Assembly (NCBI GenBank): GCA_963728205.1
Contig: CAVSIV010000004.1
Span: 64,001-128,000, forward strand
Source: an uncultured Chloroflexia bacterium
GTDB taxonomy: Bacteria; Chloroflexota; Dehalococcoidia; UBA2979
Direction of reading: 5' to 3'
Length of the DNA stretch: 64,000 nt
The translations under genes and the position numbers were made by a program. Below are positions 39,709-51,242 of this stretch, piece after piece. Position 1 is the first letter of the stretch, and each line of letters opens with the position of its first letter. The notes below the pieces were generated by a model, which saw only the letters and a list, made by a program, of their open reading frames with translations, was not told the origin of the DNA and ran no database searches.

Positions 39709-40035
39709 TCAGTCGCCGCACTCGATATAGACGTCGTCCCCGTCGACGGCGACGTCATAGGCCCGCACGTCGCGCACGGCCGGCAGACTGAGCACCTTGC
39801 CGGTCTTCGCGTCGAAGGCCGCGCCGTGGCGCGGGCAGATCACGCGCCCGCGCTGCAGCCGGCCCTCGCCGAGCGGTCCGTTGTCGTGGGTGCACCGGTT
39901 GTCGATTGCGTACAGCGTGCCGTCCACGTTGCTGACCGCCAGCGACTGCTCGCCACACGCCATCACTCGCACCTGGCCCTCGGGCACGTCGTCCTTCGCG
40001 CACACACGTTGCCTGGTCACGAAATGCCTCTCCAT
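39709..40035 (-). CDS. Rieske-type ferredoxin
   Basis: CTH...CPRHG intact ligands; within the suf operon. Confidence 0.9.
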   Translation of the reverse strand: MERHFVTRQRVCAKDDVPEGQVRVMACGEQSLAVSNVDGTLYAIDNRCTHDNGPLGEGRLQRGRVICPRHGAAFDAKTGKVLSLPAVRDVRAYDVAVDGDDVYIECGD

Positions 40036-40062
40036 ACACGCGCGGCGCCGGCTGCGGCGCTC

Positions 40063-41322
40063 CTAGAGCTCCGCCGTCTCGAGCTTCGCGTGGACCGCCG
40101 ACTCCAGCTCCTCGTCGAGCCCCTCCACGTTCATGTCCGCGAGGACGGAGTGGAAGAAGCCCGCGACGATGAGCTGCAGCGCCTGGCGCTCGTGGAGCCC
40201 GCGGCTCTGGAGGTAGAACAGCGCATCGCGGTCCACCGGACCCACCGTCGCGCCGTGGCCGCAGCGGATGACGTCGGACGTCAGGATCTCGAGCACCGGA
40301 TCGGAATCGGCCTTCGCGTGCCCCGACAGCAGCAGGTTGCGGTTCTCCTGCTGCGCGTTCGCGCCGGCCGCCGTCTCCTCGACGCGCGTGACGCCGTAGT
40401 AGACGGACTTCGACGCGCCGGCGAGCGCCGACTTGATCTGGACGTCCGACTGCGTATGCGGGCCGATGTGATCCTGCAGCGTCACGAAGTCGAAGTGCTG
40501 GTCGCCGGCGCCGAGCGCCGCGCCGCGAATCGTCGACTGCCCGCCTTCGCCCTCGACGAGCGACTCGAGCGTCTGCTTCACCAGCGCGCCGCCGATCGCC
40601 AGCGACGCGACCTGGACGTGCGCGCCGCGCCCGACGCGCGAGCGAAGGGTCGCAAACTCCTGCGTCGCGCCGCCCCAGCGCTCGTCGAGCACGAGCCGCA
40701 CGATGGCGTCGGCGCCGGCGACGACCTCGATCACCGGCACGGCCAGCAGCGCCGTCTCGTTCGAGCGGCTGCGGACGTGGATGGTGACCTCGGACGCCGG
40801 CTCCGCGACGATCAGCAGCCGCGGCAGGAACGCCTGCTGTGCGCCGGGCGACGCGTCGACGTGCACCCCCACTGGCTGCTCGAAGCGCCCGCCGCGCGGC
40901 GCGTGCACGAAGACCCCGCCGCTCCAGAGGGCCGCGTTCATCGCCGGGAACTTGCCCTCGGTGGCGCGCACGAGCGTGCCGAGGTGCGCGCGCACCATCT
41001 CCGCGTGCGCGTCATCGTCGAGCGCGCCCGCGAGCGACCCTGCGTACCCGCCCGCCGGCACCGTCGCCTCGACGGTCGTCCAACCGGCGGCATCCGCCGC
41101 CGGATACGCGTCGAGCGCCAGCCCGGTGACGTCGGTGTACTTCCACGGGCGCAGCTTCGGCGTCGGCATCGGCGTCGCCGCGTACGCGCGCGCCGCCTCC
41201 AGCCGCTGCTCGACAAGCCACCCCGGCTCGCCGCGACCCTCGGCCGCCGCGCGGATTGCCGCCTCGGCGAACGCACCGCCCGGCCCCGTGGCCGCCGCCG
41301 TCCCAGTCGTCGGTTCCGCCAT
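40063..41322 (-). CDS. sufD: Fe-S assembly protein SufD
   Basis: [19 protein letters not shown]...CGHGATVG and LFYLQSRG motifs. Confidence 0.9.
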   Translation of the reverse strand: MAEPTTGTAAATGPGGAFAEAAIRAAAEGRGEPGWLVEQRLEAARAYAATPMPTPKLRPWKYTDVTGLALDAYPAADAAGWTTVEATVPAGGYAGSLAGALDDDAHAEMVRAHLGTLVRATEGKFPAMNAALWSGGVFVHAPRGGRFEQPVGVHVDASPGAQQAFLPRLLIVAEPASEVTIHVRSRSNETALLAVPVIEVVAGADAIVRLVLDERWGGATQEFATLRSRVGRGAHVQVASLAIGGALVKQTLESLVEGEGGQSTIRGAALGAGDQHFDFVTLQDHIGPHTQSDVQIKSALAGASKSVYYGVTRVEETAAGANAQQENRNLLLSGHAKADSDPVLEILTSDVIRCGHGATVGPVDRDALFYLQSRGLHERQALQLIVAGFFHSVLADMNVEGLDEELESAVHAKLETAEL

Positions 41323-41324
41323 GG

Positions 41325-42741
41325 CTAGCCGACCGACCCTTCCATCTGCAGCTCGATCAGGCGGTTCAGCTCGATCGCGTACTCCATCGGGAGTTCCTTC
41401 ACGATCGGCTCGACGAAGCCGTTCACGACCATCTTGGCCGCGCTCTCCTCGTCGATCCCCCGCGACATCAGGTAGAAGAGCTGATCCTCGCCGAGCTTCG
41501 AGACCGACGCCTCGTGCCCGATGTTCACCCGCTCCTCGTCGATCTCCATCGTGGGGTAGGTGTCCGACCGCGAGTTCTCGTCGAGCAGCAGCGCGTCGCA
41601 GCGCACCGTCGACGACGAGTTCACCGCGCCTTCGTAGACCTTGAGCAGGCCGCGATACGAGGTGCGCCCGTTCCCGCGCGAGACCGACTTCGACACGATC
41701 GCCGACGACGTGTCGGGCGCGACGTGGATCACCTTGCCGCCCGCGTCCTGGTGCTGCCCCTCGCCGGCGAAGGCGAGCGAGAGGATCTCGCCGTGCGCCC
41801 GCGGCCCCATGAGGTACACCGACGGGTACTTCATCGTGAGCATGGAGCCGAGGTTGCCGTCGACCCACTCCATGATCGGCGTCCTCGTACGCGTAGGCGC
41901 GCTTCGTCACGAGGTTGTAGACGTTGTTCGACCAGTTCTGGATCGTCGTGTAGCGGACGCGCGCGCCCTTCTTCACGACGATCTCCACGACCGCCGAGTG
42001 CAGCGACGCGGTGCTGTAGATCGGGGCCGTGCAGCCCTCGACGTAGTGCACCTGCGAGCCCTCGTCCGCGATGATCAGCGTCCGCTCGAACTGGCCCATG
42101 TTCTCGGTGTTGATGCGGAAGTAGGCCTGGAGCGGGATGTCGACCTTCACGCCCTTCGGCACGTAGATGAACGAGCCGCCGGACCACACCGCGGAGTTCA
42201 GCGCGGCGAACCTGTTGTCGCCGGGCGGGATGATCGTGCCGAAGTACTCCTCGACGATCTCCGGGTGCTCCGCGAGCCCCTGGTCCATGCCGAGGAAGAG
42301 CACGCCCTGCTTCTCGAGGTCCTCGCGGATGTTGTGGTAGACGACCTCGGAGTCGTACTGCGCGCCGGCGCCGGCGAGGAACTTCCGCTCCGCCTCCGGG
42401 ATGCCCAGCTTGTCGAAGGTGTTCTTGATGTACTCCGGGACGTCGTCCCAGTTCGTCGAGTCCTTGTCCGTGGCACGGACGTAGTAGCGGATATTGTCGA
42501 AGTCGATCGCGTCGAGCAGCTCGGGGCTGCCGGCCCACGACGGGTTCTCGAGCTCGAGGAAGCGGTGGTAGGCGTCGAGACGGAAGTCGAGCATCCACTG
42601 CGGCTCGTTCTTCGTCTTCGACATCGCGCGGATCACGCCTTCGTTGAGGCCGCGTTCCGACATGAACAGCGGCACTTCCGTGTCGTGGAAGCCCCACTTG
42701 TACTCGCCGACGATGCTCCGGTTCTGCTTCGCGGTCGTCAC
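41325..42741 (-). CDS. sufB: Fe-S assembly protein SufB, one +1 frameshift near 41878
   Basis: [28 protein letters not shown], then [10 protein letters not shown]...HEASVSK...ELPMEYAIE in the next frame. Confidence 0.93.
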
Positions 42742-43522
42742 GACGTCACTGCCTCTCCGACCATCCCCAGCTCGCTGAGGATGGGGTCGTAGCCGTTCGC
42801 TTCGATCTGCTGCGCGAGCTCCGCGCCGCCGGAACGGACGATCTTGCCCGCCACCAGCACGTGCACGAAGTCCGGCGTGATGTAGTTCAGGATGCGCTGG
42901 TAGTGCGTGATGATGAGTACGCCGATCTCGGGCGTGCGCAGCGCGTTCACGCCCTCCGCGACCGTGCGCAGCGCGTCGACGTCGAGGCCCGAGTCCGTCT
43001 CGTCGAGGATCGCGAGCTCCGGCTTGAGCATGCCGAGCTGCAGGATCTCGGCGCGCTTCTTCTCACCGCCGGAGAAGCCCTCGTTCACGTAGCGACGCGC
43101 GAACGACTCGTCCATCTTCAGCGTGCTGCAGCGTCCCGCGGAGCTCCTGGAGGAACTCCCGCGGTCGGGACGTCCTCGCCGCGGCGGGCCTTCAAGGCCT
43201 CGCGCAGCAGGTTCACCATCGTCACGCCGGGAATCGACGTCGGGTACTGGAACGAGAGGAAGAGCCCGAGGCGCGCTCGGGCGTCGGCCTTCAGTGCCGT
43301 GATGTCCTCGCCCTTGAAGAGGATCTGGCCGCCGTCGACCGTGTACTCCGGGCTGCCGGCGATCGTGCTGGCGAGCGTGCTCTTGCCGGAGCCGTTCGGG
43401 CCCATCAGCGCGTGCACCTCGCCCGGGCGGATCGTCAGGTCGACGCCCTTCACGATCTGCGTTTCCGGCAGCTTGGTGATGCTGACCTTGAGGTCACGCA
43501 ACTCCAGGATTGGTTCCGTCAT
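42738..43522 (-). CDS. sufC: Fe-S assembly ATPase SufC, two +1 frameshifts (~43165, ~43127)
   Basis: [33 protein letters not shown] and ITHYQR motifs; RBS AGAAGGGG. Confidence 0.92.
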
Positions 43523-43551
43523 CGCTGTCGCTGTCCCCTTCTGTTCGCCGC

Positions 43552-44251
43552 TTAGCGGGCCTGCGACAGCGGAGCCGTCGCCTCGGTGTGTGCTCGGATC
43601 CGCCGCCGCCGCGACGGGCTTCGCCACGAGGTACTCGCAGCTGGTGCCGCCGCGAGCGACGGTGTTGAGCTGGACGACCGGCATGCCGATCAGCAGCTCG
43701 ATGGTCTGGCGGTCCGCGTCGCACGGCGCGTGGTGATCCGTCGCGCACGAGCGGTACGGGCAGCCGACGTTGCGCAGGCGAAACGCGTCGCCCTCGTCCT
43801 CGACCTCGCTGAGGATGCCCTCGCCGCGCAGCGCGACGGTCACCTGCGCGACGCGCTCGTCGAGCCGCTGCGCGCTCACCTCCGACGCGTACTCGCGCGC
43901 CCGGGCCGCGCCGACCTCGGCGAAGAGGCGCTGCAGCACGGTGCGCCCGTCCTGCCCGTCGACGTCGTTCGCCGACAGGCTGTTCAGCGCCGGGTACAGA
44001 CGGTCGAGCAGCCGCGAATAGTACGCGGAGGCGCTGACCTCCTCGCCGCCCTCAGTCAGCGAGTAGCGCGTGAGCGGGCGGCCGCGGCGCTGGCGCACCA
44101 GTTGCGCGCGCACCAGCCCATCCGCCGCCATCAGGTCGAGGTGCCGCCGGATCGACCCCTCGGAGACGCCGACCGCATCCGCGAGGTCGGCCACGGAGCA
44201 CTCACCCCGCGTATGCAGGAGGTGCATCACCTCGTCGCGCGTTCGTTCCAT
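43552..44251 (-). CDS. sufR: SufR-like HTH regulator, probable +1 error near 43600 hiding the stop
   Basis: wHTH (SVADLADAVGVS...RRHL...GRP), GCPY...C...GGTSCEY Cys motif; TAA at 43552-43554 is in frame after removing one base. Confidence 0.75.
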
Positions 44252-44298
44252 CGGAGTTCCCGTCCGGCGCGCACCGCACGCCTTCCCTCGTGAGATCG

Positions 44299-44363
44299 AG
44301 GCTAGGCACGGCCGCCAGCAATGTCAACGATTAATGCATTTTATAGCGTAGAAGTGCGTATAT
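44299..44363 (-). promoter_or_regulatory. sigma70 promoter of the suf operon with AT-rich upstream tract
   Basis: TTGACA (44327-44322), 17 nt, TAGCCT (44304-44299); AT-rich tract 44328-44363. Confidence 0.7.
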
Positions 44364-44487
44364 TCGCCCTCGCACCGGGAAAACGACCACCCGGCGGCTA
44401 TCCTTGTTCGCGGCGAAGGCGTGCTCGTACCATGCGCGCCGCGACGGGCCGCCCGGCCCGCGCCCGGCGGGCGAAGGAGCGGGAACG

Positions 44488-44910
44488 ATGAGCGACGACG
44501 TGCTGGGACTGAAGGTGGGCTCGACCGCGAGCTTCACGAAGCAGGTCACGGCCGAGGACATCAACGAGTTCGCCCACGCCACCGGCGACGACCAGCCCCT
44601 TCACTCGGATCCCGAGTTCGCCGCGCGCACCCGTTTCAAGCAGCCGATTGCTCATGGCATGCTGGGCGCCGGCATCATCTCCGCCGCGCTCGGCACGCAG
44701 CTCGCGCCGGGGCTCGTCGTCATCTACATGGCGCAGAATCTGCAGTTCCGCGCTCCGGTCATGGCCGGCGACACCGTGACCGCGACGGTGACCGTCACGC
44801 GCGCCGACACGGAGCGCAGCCGACTGTCGCTGGATACACTCGTCACCAAGCAGGACGGCACCGAGGTCATCCGCGGCGACGCGCTGGTGATGGTGGAAGC
44901 GCCGCGCTGA
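44488..44910 (+). CDS. MaoC-family (R)-specific enoyl-CoA hydratase
   Basis: [12 protein letters not shown]...FA...IAHGML and FRAPV motifs; RBS GAAGGAG. Confidence 0.88.
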   Translation: MSDDVLGLKVGSTASFTKQVTAEDINEFAHATGDDQPLHSDPEFAARTRFKQPIAHGMLGAGIISAALGTQLAPGLVVIYMAQNLQFRAPVMAGDTVTATVTVTRADTERSRLSLDTLVTKQDGTEVIRGDALVMVEAPR

Positions 44911-44971
44911 GCGCCCACCACCCGCGTCCCGCACGGTCGACGCCTCGCCCGCCAGCGGACGGAGTTCCCGC

Positions 44972-46711
44972 ATGACGAACACGCAGACCGACGCGACCGC
45001 CCGTGCGAACGGCGCCGGCGCCAACGCGTCCGACGGGCCGAACGCCGCTCCGGAGGCGATCGCCGCCGCCCGCCGCGAGTGGGAGGACCGCACGCTGCGC
45101 AAGGTGCTCGAGCGCTTCCCCGAGCGCCGCAAGTCGTTCGAGGCCTCCTCCGCAGCGGTCGAGCGCCTCTACACCCCGCTCGAACGTCGCGGGCATCGAC
45201 TACCTGCAGGACATCGGCTTCCCCGGCCAGTACCCGTTCACCCGCGGCGTGCAGCCGACGATGTACCGCGGTCGCCTCTGGTCCATGCGCCAGTACGCCG
45301 GCTTCGGCACTGCGCGCGAGACCAACGAGCGCTTCCAGCACCTGATCGAGAACGGCCAGACCGGCCTCTCCACCGCGTTCGATCTCCCGACGCAGACCGG
45401 CTACGACTCCGACGACCCGATGTCCGCGGGCGAGGTCGGCCAGGTCGGCGTCGCCATCGACTCGCTCGCCGACATGGAGACGCTGTTCGACGGCATCCCG
45501 CTCGATCGAGATCTCCACGTCGATGACGATCAACGCGCCCGCGTCGATCCTCGTCGCGATGTACATGGTCGCCGCCGAGAAGCAGGGGCACGAGCGCGCG
45601 GTCGTGATGGGCACCGCGCAGAACGACGTACTCAAGGAGTACGTGGCGCGCGGCACCTACATCTTCCCGCCGCAGCAGTCGGTCCGGCTGGCCGCAAACC
45701 TGATCAGCTTCTGCGCGACCGAGGCGCCGAAGTTCAACTCCATCTCGGTCTCCGGCTACCACATCCGCGAGGCCGGCTCGACCGCCGCGCAGGAGATCGC
45801 CTTCGCGTTCTCGAACGCGATCGCGTACGTGGAGGAGTGCGTGCGTCAGGGCGCCGACGTCGACGCGGTCGCCGGCCGCATCTCCTGGATCTTCAACACG
45901 CACAACAACTTCTTCGAGGAGATCGCGAAGTACCGCGCGCTGCGACGTATGTGGGCGCGGCTGATGCGCGAGCGCTTCGGCGCGAAGCAGCCGTCGTCGT
46001 GGATGCTGCGCACGCACACGCAGACCGGTGGCTCGACGCTCACGGCGCAGCAGCCGAAGAACAACATCGCGCGCGCGGCCGATCCAGGCGCTGGCGGCGG
46101 TGGTCGGCGGGGTGCAGTCGCTCGCGCTCTCCTGCTACGACGAGGCGCTCGCGCTGCCGACCGAGGAGGCGCAGCAGATCGCGCTGCGCACGCAGCAGAT
46201 CATCGCGCACGAGTCGGGCGCGGCGGACACGGTCGACCCCATCGCCGGCTCGTACTACGTGGAGTCGCTGACGAACACGCTCGAGCAGGAAGCGCAGAAG
46301 ATCATGGACCGCGTCGACGATCTCGGCGGGGCGGTGGCCGCGATCGAGAGCGGCTACATGCAGTCCGAGATCCAGGAGGCGTCGGTCGCCTACCAGCGCG
46401 AGGTGGAGTCGGGCGAGCGCGTCGTGGTCGGCGTGAACCAGTACATCGACGAGAACGAGAACGCGACGCCGATCTTCCGCCCGAACCTCGAGGTGGCGCG
46501 CGCGCAGCTCGAGCAGCTGGCGAAGGTGCGCGCCGGGCGCGACCAGGCGGCGGTCGACGCGTCGCTCACGCGCCTGCGCGACGCCGCCCGCGGCGACATC
46601 AACCTGATGGAGCCGATCATGGAGGCCGTCCGCACGTACGCCACGCTCGGCGAGATGTGCGGTGTGCTGCGCGAGGAGTGGGGCGAGTACACGCCGCCGA
46701 CGGCCGTGTAG
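44972..46711 (+). CDS. methylmalonyl-CoA mutase family large subunit, three +1 frameshifts (~45184, ~45508, ~46080)
   Basis: [47 protein letters not shown] and ATLGE motifs; no B12-binding domain. Confidence 0.9.
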
Positions 46712-46730
46712 GCGCCGGGCGCCTGTGGCA

Positions 46731-46829
46731 AGCGGCGGCGGACACGCCGCCGATGCCGTCGGCGTCGTCCTGTCGCCGGCCCGCGGGCAGGGTGCCCGCG
46801 GGGATATCGGCGGCGTATCCGCCGCCGCT
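46731..46829. repeat. REP/REPIN-like palindromic element, copy 3 (variant)
   Basis: AGCGGCGGCGGACACGCCGCCGAT (46731-46754) and inverse (46806-46829), one mismatch. Confidence 0.75.
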
Positions 46830-46928
46830 CGCCGCGGATCTGCCGTTGCTCCCCACGCCGCGATCCGCTAACAACACCGGGGCCGGCACGTGCCGGCGAG
46901 CGAGCACGCATACCAGGGGGAGGCAGAG

Positions 46929-47675
46929 ATGGCAGGGGCACTCGACGGCCAGGTCGCGGTCGTGACCGGCGCCAGCCGCGGGATCGGGCGCGCCTGCGCC
47001 ATCGAGCTCGCGAGACACGGCGCGAACGTCGTCGTCAACTACACCGCGAACGAGGACGCCGCCAACGCCACGAAGAACGAGATCGAGGCGCTCGGCGCGA
47101 AGGCGTTCGTCGTGCAGGCCGACGTCTCGAAGGCCGACCAGGCGAAGGCGCTGATCGAGGCCGCCGAGAAGGAGTTCGGCAAGGTCGACATCCTCGTCAA
47201 CAACGCCGGCGTCAACCGCGACCGTACGATCCAGCGCATGTCGCCGGCCGAGTGGGACGAGGTGATCGAGACCGACCTCTCCTCGATGTTCTACTGCACC
47301 AACGCGGCGGTGACCGGCATGCGCGAGCGCAACTACGGCCGCATCATCAACATGTCGTCGATCATCGGGCAGATGGGGAACCTGGGGCAGGCGAACTACG
47401 CCGCCGCCAAGGCCGGCATGATCGCCTTCACGAAGTCGGCCGCGAAGGAACTGGCGCGCTTCAACATCACGGTGAACGCGGTGTGCCCCGGCTTCATCGA
47501 GACCGACATGGTGTCCGCGCTCGCCGACGACATCAAGAAGAACCTGATCGCGCAGATCCCGCTCGGCCGCTTCGGCACCGCCGAGGAAGTCGCGACGACC
47601 GTGCGCTTTCTCTGCACGGAGGGCGGGTTCTACACGGGCTCGCAGCTGAGCCTCAACGGCGGGCAGTACATGTAG
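46929..47675 (+). CDS. acetoacetyl-CoA reductase/FabG-like SDR (PhaB-like)
   Basis: [41 protein letters not shown] and C-terminal LNGGQYM. Confidence 0.85.
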   Translation: MAGALDGQVAVVTGASRGIGRACAIELARHGANVVVNYTANEDAANATKNEIEALGAKAFVVQADVSKADQAKALIEAAEKEFGKVDILVNNAGVNRDRTIQRMSPAEWDEVIETDLSSMFYCTNAAVTGMRERNYGRIINMSSIIGQMGNLGQANYAAAKAGMIAFTKSAAKELARFNITVNAVCPGFIETDMVSALADDIKKNLIAQIPLGRFGTAEEVATTVRFLCTEGGFYTGSQLSLNGGQYM

Positions 47676-47696
47676 GCGGAGAGCGCCGCCACGGGG

Positions 47697-47732
47697 GAGA
47701 ACGGAGGCCGCCTGCGGGCGGCCGTTCTCTTC
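47697..47732 (+). terminator. putative intrinsic terminator
   Basis: GAGAACGG..GGCCGCC-TGCG-GGCGGCCGTTCTC followed by TT. Confidence 0.55.
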
Positions 47733-47866
47733 GGCGGGCACGCGGCGTGATGGCGGCGCGCGCCGCCATCCGCGACAATGATCGCCGCACCGGGTCACCA
47801 AGGACCGCCCGCCGACGTCGCGGGCCGTGTTCGCGTGCGCGCATCCGCGCGGAGGGGGCGAGCGGC

Positions 47867-48439
47867 ATGGCATCGATCGGGCGGCGCGTCGTCGTGATCG
47901 GGAACACCAACGCGGGGAAGAGCACGCTCGCCGCCGAGCTCGCGCGACGGCTCGACGTGCCGTTCGTCGAGCTCGACGCCCTGTTCTGGGAGCCGAACTG
48001 GGTCGAGAGCGACAACGACACCTTCCGCGCGCGCGTCTCCACCGCGATCGCCGGCGACGGCTGGAGCGTCGCGGGCAACTACACCTCGCGGATCCAGGAC
48101 CTGGTATGGCCGCGCGCCGAGACCGTGATCTTTCTCGACTACCCGCTGCCACTGGTGCTGCGCCGCGTGCTCACGCGCTCCTGGCGGCGCTGGCGCTCGC
48201 ACGAGGTGCTCTGGGGCACGAACACGGAGTCGTTCTGGAAGCACCTCACCTCCTGGAACGACTCGCTCTTCACCTGGGCCGTGCGCTCGCACGGGAAGCA
48301 CCGCGAGCGCTGGCCGGACCTCGTCGCCGACCCGCGCTGGGCGCACATTCGCTTCCTGCGCTTCTGCACGCCGGACGAGACGGCACGCTGGCTCGCCACG
48401 GCGGTGCCCGCGCCCGCGGGACCCGCGCCTGTAAGCTGA
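47867..48439 (+). CDS. adenylate-kinase-like/FlaR-type P-loop protein
   Basis: GNTNAGKSTLA, ELDALFWEPNW, GNY and FLDYP motifs. Confidence 0.85.
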   Translation: MASIGRRVVVIGNTNAGKSTLAAELARRLDVPFVELDALFWEPNWVESDNDTFRARVSTAIAGDGWSVAGNYTSRIQDLVWPRAETVIFLDYPLPLVLRRVLTRSWRRWRSHEVLWGTNTESFWKHLTSWNDSLFTWAVRSHGKHRERWPDLVADPRWAHIRFLRFCTPDETARWLATAVPAPAGPAPVS

Positions 48440-48473
48440 TCGACACCCCCGCCCGCCGCCGACCGGAGTCGCG

Positions 48474-50210
48474 ATGCTCTCCTTCGTCGCCTACGCGTAC
48501 CGCTGGCTCCGCTGGCTCGTCGCCTGGCCGTTCCGCCTGCGCCGGCCGCCGGCGTGGATCGCGTTCACGCTCGAGGGCGCCTACCCGGACTACCCGCGCC
48601 CGGCCCCCAACCTGCTCCTGCGCCTCGTCCAGCCGCAGCGCGCGAGCCTCTTCGAGCTGCGCGAGCAGTTCCGCGAGGTGGCCCATGACCGCCGCGTCGA
48701 GGGCGTCGTGCTGCACTTGCGGCCACTCCAGCTCGCCGGCTCGCAGGTCGACTCGCTGCGCGACGCGATCACCGAGCTGCGCCGCGCCGGCAAGCGCGTC
48801 GTCGCCTGGTCCTACCACTGGTCGCGCGCGAACTATCTCGTCGCGTGCGCGGCGGACGAAGTGCTCCTGCAGCCGGGCGGCTCCGTCGACGCGCTGGCGA
48901 TCGGCGCCACGCACGTCTTCCTCGCGGAGGCCCTCGCCCGCATCGGCGTGCGCGCCGACGTCATCCCGATCAGCGGCTACAAGTCCGCGCTCGAGATGTT
49001 CACGTCGAACGCCCTGTCCGACGAGTCGCGCGAGATGGAGAACTGGCTGCTCGACGCCGCCGCGTCCGAGACCGTGGCCGCGATCGCGCGAGGCCGCCAC
49101 GTCGACGAGGACGCGGCGCGCGCGCTGATCGACGCGACGCCGTGCACCGACGAGCGTGCGCGCGAGCTCGGGCTCGTGGACGCCGTCGTCTCCGGCGAGG
49201 ACCTGCCGGCGCACCTCGGGTCCCCCGGCACGCCGGCCGAGGTCGAGCCGTTCGACACCGCGCGCGGCCGCCTGCGGCAGGCGGCGCCATCGGTGCCCCG
49301 CCGCCGTCGTGTCGCGCTGATCCCGATCGAGGGCACGATCGTCGACGGCGACAGCGGCCGTCCGCCCGTGGCGCCGCCGGTGCCGGTGCCGGTGCTGTTC
49401 AGCCCGCGCGCCGGCGACGTCACCGTCGTGCAGGCGATCCGCGAGGCGGCGCGCGACCCGGGCGTCGGCGCGGTCGTCGTCTACGTGAACTCGCCGGGCG
49501 GTTCGGCGACGGCCTCGGAGGCGATCCACGCGGCGCTGCAGCGGCTCAACGCGGAGAAGCCGGTCGTCGTGGCGATGGGGCCGGTCGCGGCGTCGGGCGG
49601 CTACTACGTCGCGACGCCGGCGCGCCGCGTCTACGCGCAGCCGCGGACGATCACCGGCTCGATCGGCGTGGTGACGGCGAAGTTCGTCGCCGGCGACCTG
49701 CTCGACCGGCTGTCGGTGCACCGCGAGTCGCTGCGGCGGGGGCGCCACGCGCTGCTCGGCTCCGCCGAGCGGCCGTTCAGCGACGAGGAGCGCGCGCTGG
49801 TGTGGGCGCAGGTGCAGCGCATCTACGCGCTGTTCGTCGACCGCGTCGCGGCGGACCGCCGGATGTCGGCCGAGGCGGTCGACGCCGTCGCCCGCGGCCG
49901 CGTGTGGACGGGCCGCCAGGCGCGCGAGCGCGGGCTCGTCGACGCGTTCGGCGGGCTGTGGGAGGCGGTCGAGCGCGCGAAGGCGCTCGCGCGCCTGCCG
50001 GACGACGCGCCGATGCGCGTCGCGACGCCGGGCCGCGCGACCCTCGCGCCGGCCGCGGCCGCGCCGCTCCCGGCGGCGCTGCGCGCGCTGCTCGGCGGCG
50101 CGCTCGGCGCGGACGTCTCGGTGGCCGCCTACGCGCTGGAGGGGATCGCGGCGCTGAGCGGCGGGACGCCGCTCACGCTCTCGTCCGTGTTCGCCCGCGA
50201 CCTGCGCTGA
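48474..50210 (+). CDS. sppA: signal peptide peptidase SppA (two-domain)
   Basis: GYKSA, NSPGGSATAS, ASGGYY, ITGSIGV and GRVWTG motifs. Confidence 0.9.
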   Translation: MLSFVAYAYRWLRWLVAWPFRLRRPPAWIAFTLEGAYPDYPRPAPNLLLRLVQPQRASLFELREQFREVAHDRRVEGVVLHLRPLQLAGSQVDSLRDAITELRRAGKRVVAWSYHWSRANYLVACAADEVLLQPGGSVDALAIGATHVFLAEALARIGVRADVIPISGYKSALEMFTSNALSDESREMENWLLDAAASETVAAIARGRHVDEDAARALIDATPCTDERARELGLVDAVVSGEDLPAHLGSPGTPAEVEPFDTARGRLRQAAPSVPRRRRVALIPIEGTIVDGDSGRPPVAPPVPVPVLFSPRAGDVTVVQAIREAARDPGVGAVVVYVNSPGGSATASEAIHAALQRLNAEKPVVVAMGPVAASGGYYVATPARRVYAQPRTITGSIGVVTAKFVAGDLLDRLSVHRESLRRGRHALLGSAERPFSDEERALVWAQVQRIYALFVDRVAADRRMSAEAVDAVARGRVWTGRQARERGLVDAFGGLWEAVERAKALARLPDDAPMRVATPGRATLAPAAAAPLPAALRALLGGALGADVSVAAYALEGIAALSGGTPLTLSSVFARDLR

Positions 50211-50225
50211 GAGGGGCCACCGCGC

Positions 50226-51218
50226 TCAGGCGCTCGCGCTCGTCCCACCCGCGCGCATCGCGGCGTCGACCCGCGCCACGCCATCGGCGTGGAGCGGCCC
50301 ATCGGCCTCGGCGCGCAGGCACTCGTCGAGCTCGGCGCGGTTCTTCACGCCCAGCACCACCGTGTCGACGCCGTCCATCGCGAGCGCGTAGCGGTGCGCG
50401 AGCGCGGCGGCCGTCGTCCCGAGCTCGCGGGCGAGGGCGCGCAGCGGCGCCGCCCGTTCGAAGTCGCGGCGCTCGGGGTGGTCGGCCGGGAGGTCGCGGT
50501 CGAGCGCGTCGGTGAGCGCGCCGCCCTGCACGGCGCGAATCCCCATCACCCCGGCGCCGCGCGACTGCGCCGCCGCGATCACCTCGCGCGGCCGGGGCGG
50601 CTCCTCGTAGCGCGCGAGCCCGCCCGGCGAGTCGAGCAGGTTGGCGATGCACTGCACGACGGCCGGCGCCGGGTCCTCGCGGATCGTCTCGATCACGGCG
50701 GTCGGCACGCCGATCCCGGTGATGCCCCACGCGCCGACGCGCCCCTCGGCGACCAGCCGCTCGAACGCCGGGCGCACGGCCTCGACGAACAGCGAGCGCG
50801 GCGTCCCCGGCGCGAAGCCGCGGCCGCTGCCGCGTTCCGCGCGCTCGTCCGGCACGATCATGCCGTGGAGGAAGAAGACGTCGACGCGCGCGAGCCGCGT
50901 CCGCTCCAGCGAGCCCTCGAGGCTCTCGCGCAGCCGGTCGTACACCTCCGCCGCCGGCGGCGCGCCGAGCACGTGCTTCGTCGTGACGTGCACGCCGTCC
51001 GGCAGGCGCCCGTCGAACGCCTCCCCCACCACGCGCTCCGCCTCGCCGTCGCCGTACGACGGCGCGAGGTCGAGCAGCGTGATGCCGCGCTCGACCGCCT
51101 CGCGCACGACCGCGACGGACTCGGCGCGCGTCGTCTCGCCCCACACCTGCCCGATGCCGCCGCCGCCGAGCGTCAGAGCGCTCACCGGCCACAGCCGACC
51201 CAGCCTTCGTGTCTCCAT
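50226..51218 (-). CDS. aldo/keto reductase
   Basis: RRLG...VSALTLG, LDLAPSYGDGEAE, TTK and DVFFLH motifs. Confidence 0.85.
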   Translation of the reverse strand: METRRLGRLWPVSALTLGGGGIGQVWGETTRAESVAVVREAVERGITLLDLAPSYGDGEAERVVGEAFDGRLPDGVHVTTKHVLGAPPAAEVYDRLRESLEGSLERTRLARVDVFFLHGMIVPDERAERGSGRGFAPGTPRSLFVEAVRPAFERLVAEGRVGAWGITGIGVPTAVIETIREDPAPAVVQCIANLLDSPGGLARYEEPPRPREVIAAAQSRGAGVMGIRAVQGGALTDALDRDLPADHPERRDFERAAPLRALARELGTTAAALAHRYALAMDGVDTVVLGVKNRAELDECLRAEADGPLHADGVARVDAAMRAGGTSASA

Positions 51219-51242
51219 GCCTGCCGCCTTCCGTGCGTCCGC

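Noticed and set aside
40063-42741. 892-aa SufB-SufD fusion ORF
   Set aside because: Created by the +1 insertion near 41878. The true SufB C-terminus is in ORF 41325..41873 and sufD has its own ATG.
43118-44251. Apparent in-frame SufR-SufC fusion
   Set aside because: Removing one base near the GGATC at ~43600 gives a GC3-rich tail ending in TAA at 43552. sufC has its own RBS. This matches the window-wide +1 error mode.
45280-45310. Isobutyryl-CoA or 2-hydroxyisobutyryl-CoA mutase assignment
   Set aside because: The specificity position reads Tyr (RQYAG) with Arg retained, as in dicarboxylic-substrate mutases.
44972-46711. Programmed frameshifting or true pseudogenisation of the mutase and other broken genes
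   Set aside because: No slippery heptamers, no stops or deletions, and catalytic motifs are intact. The uniform +1 pattern points to sequence error.
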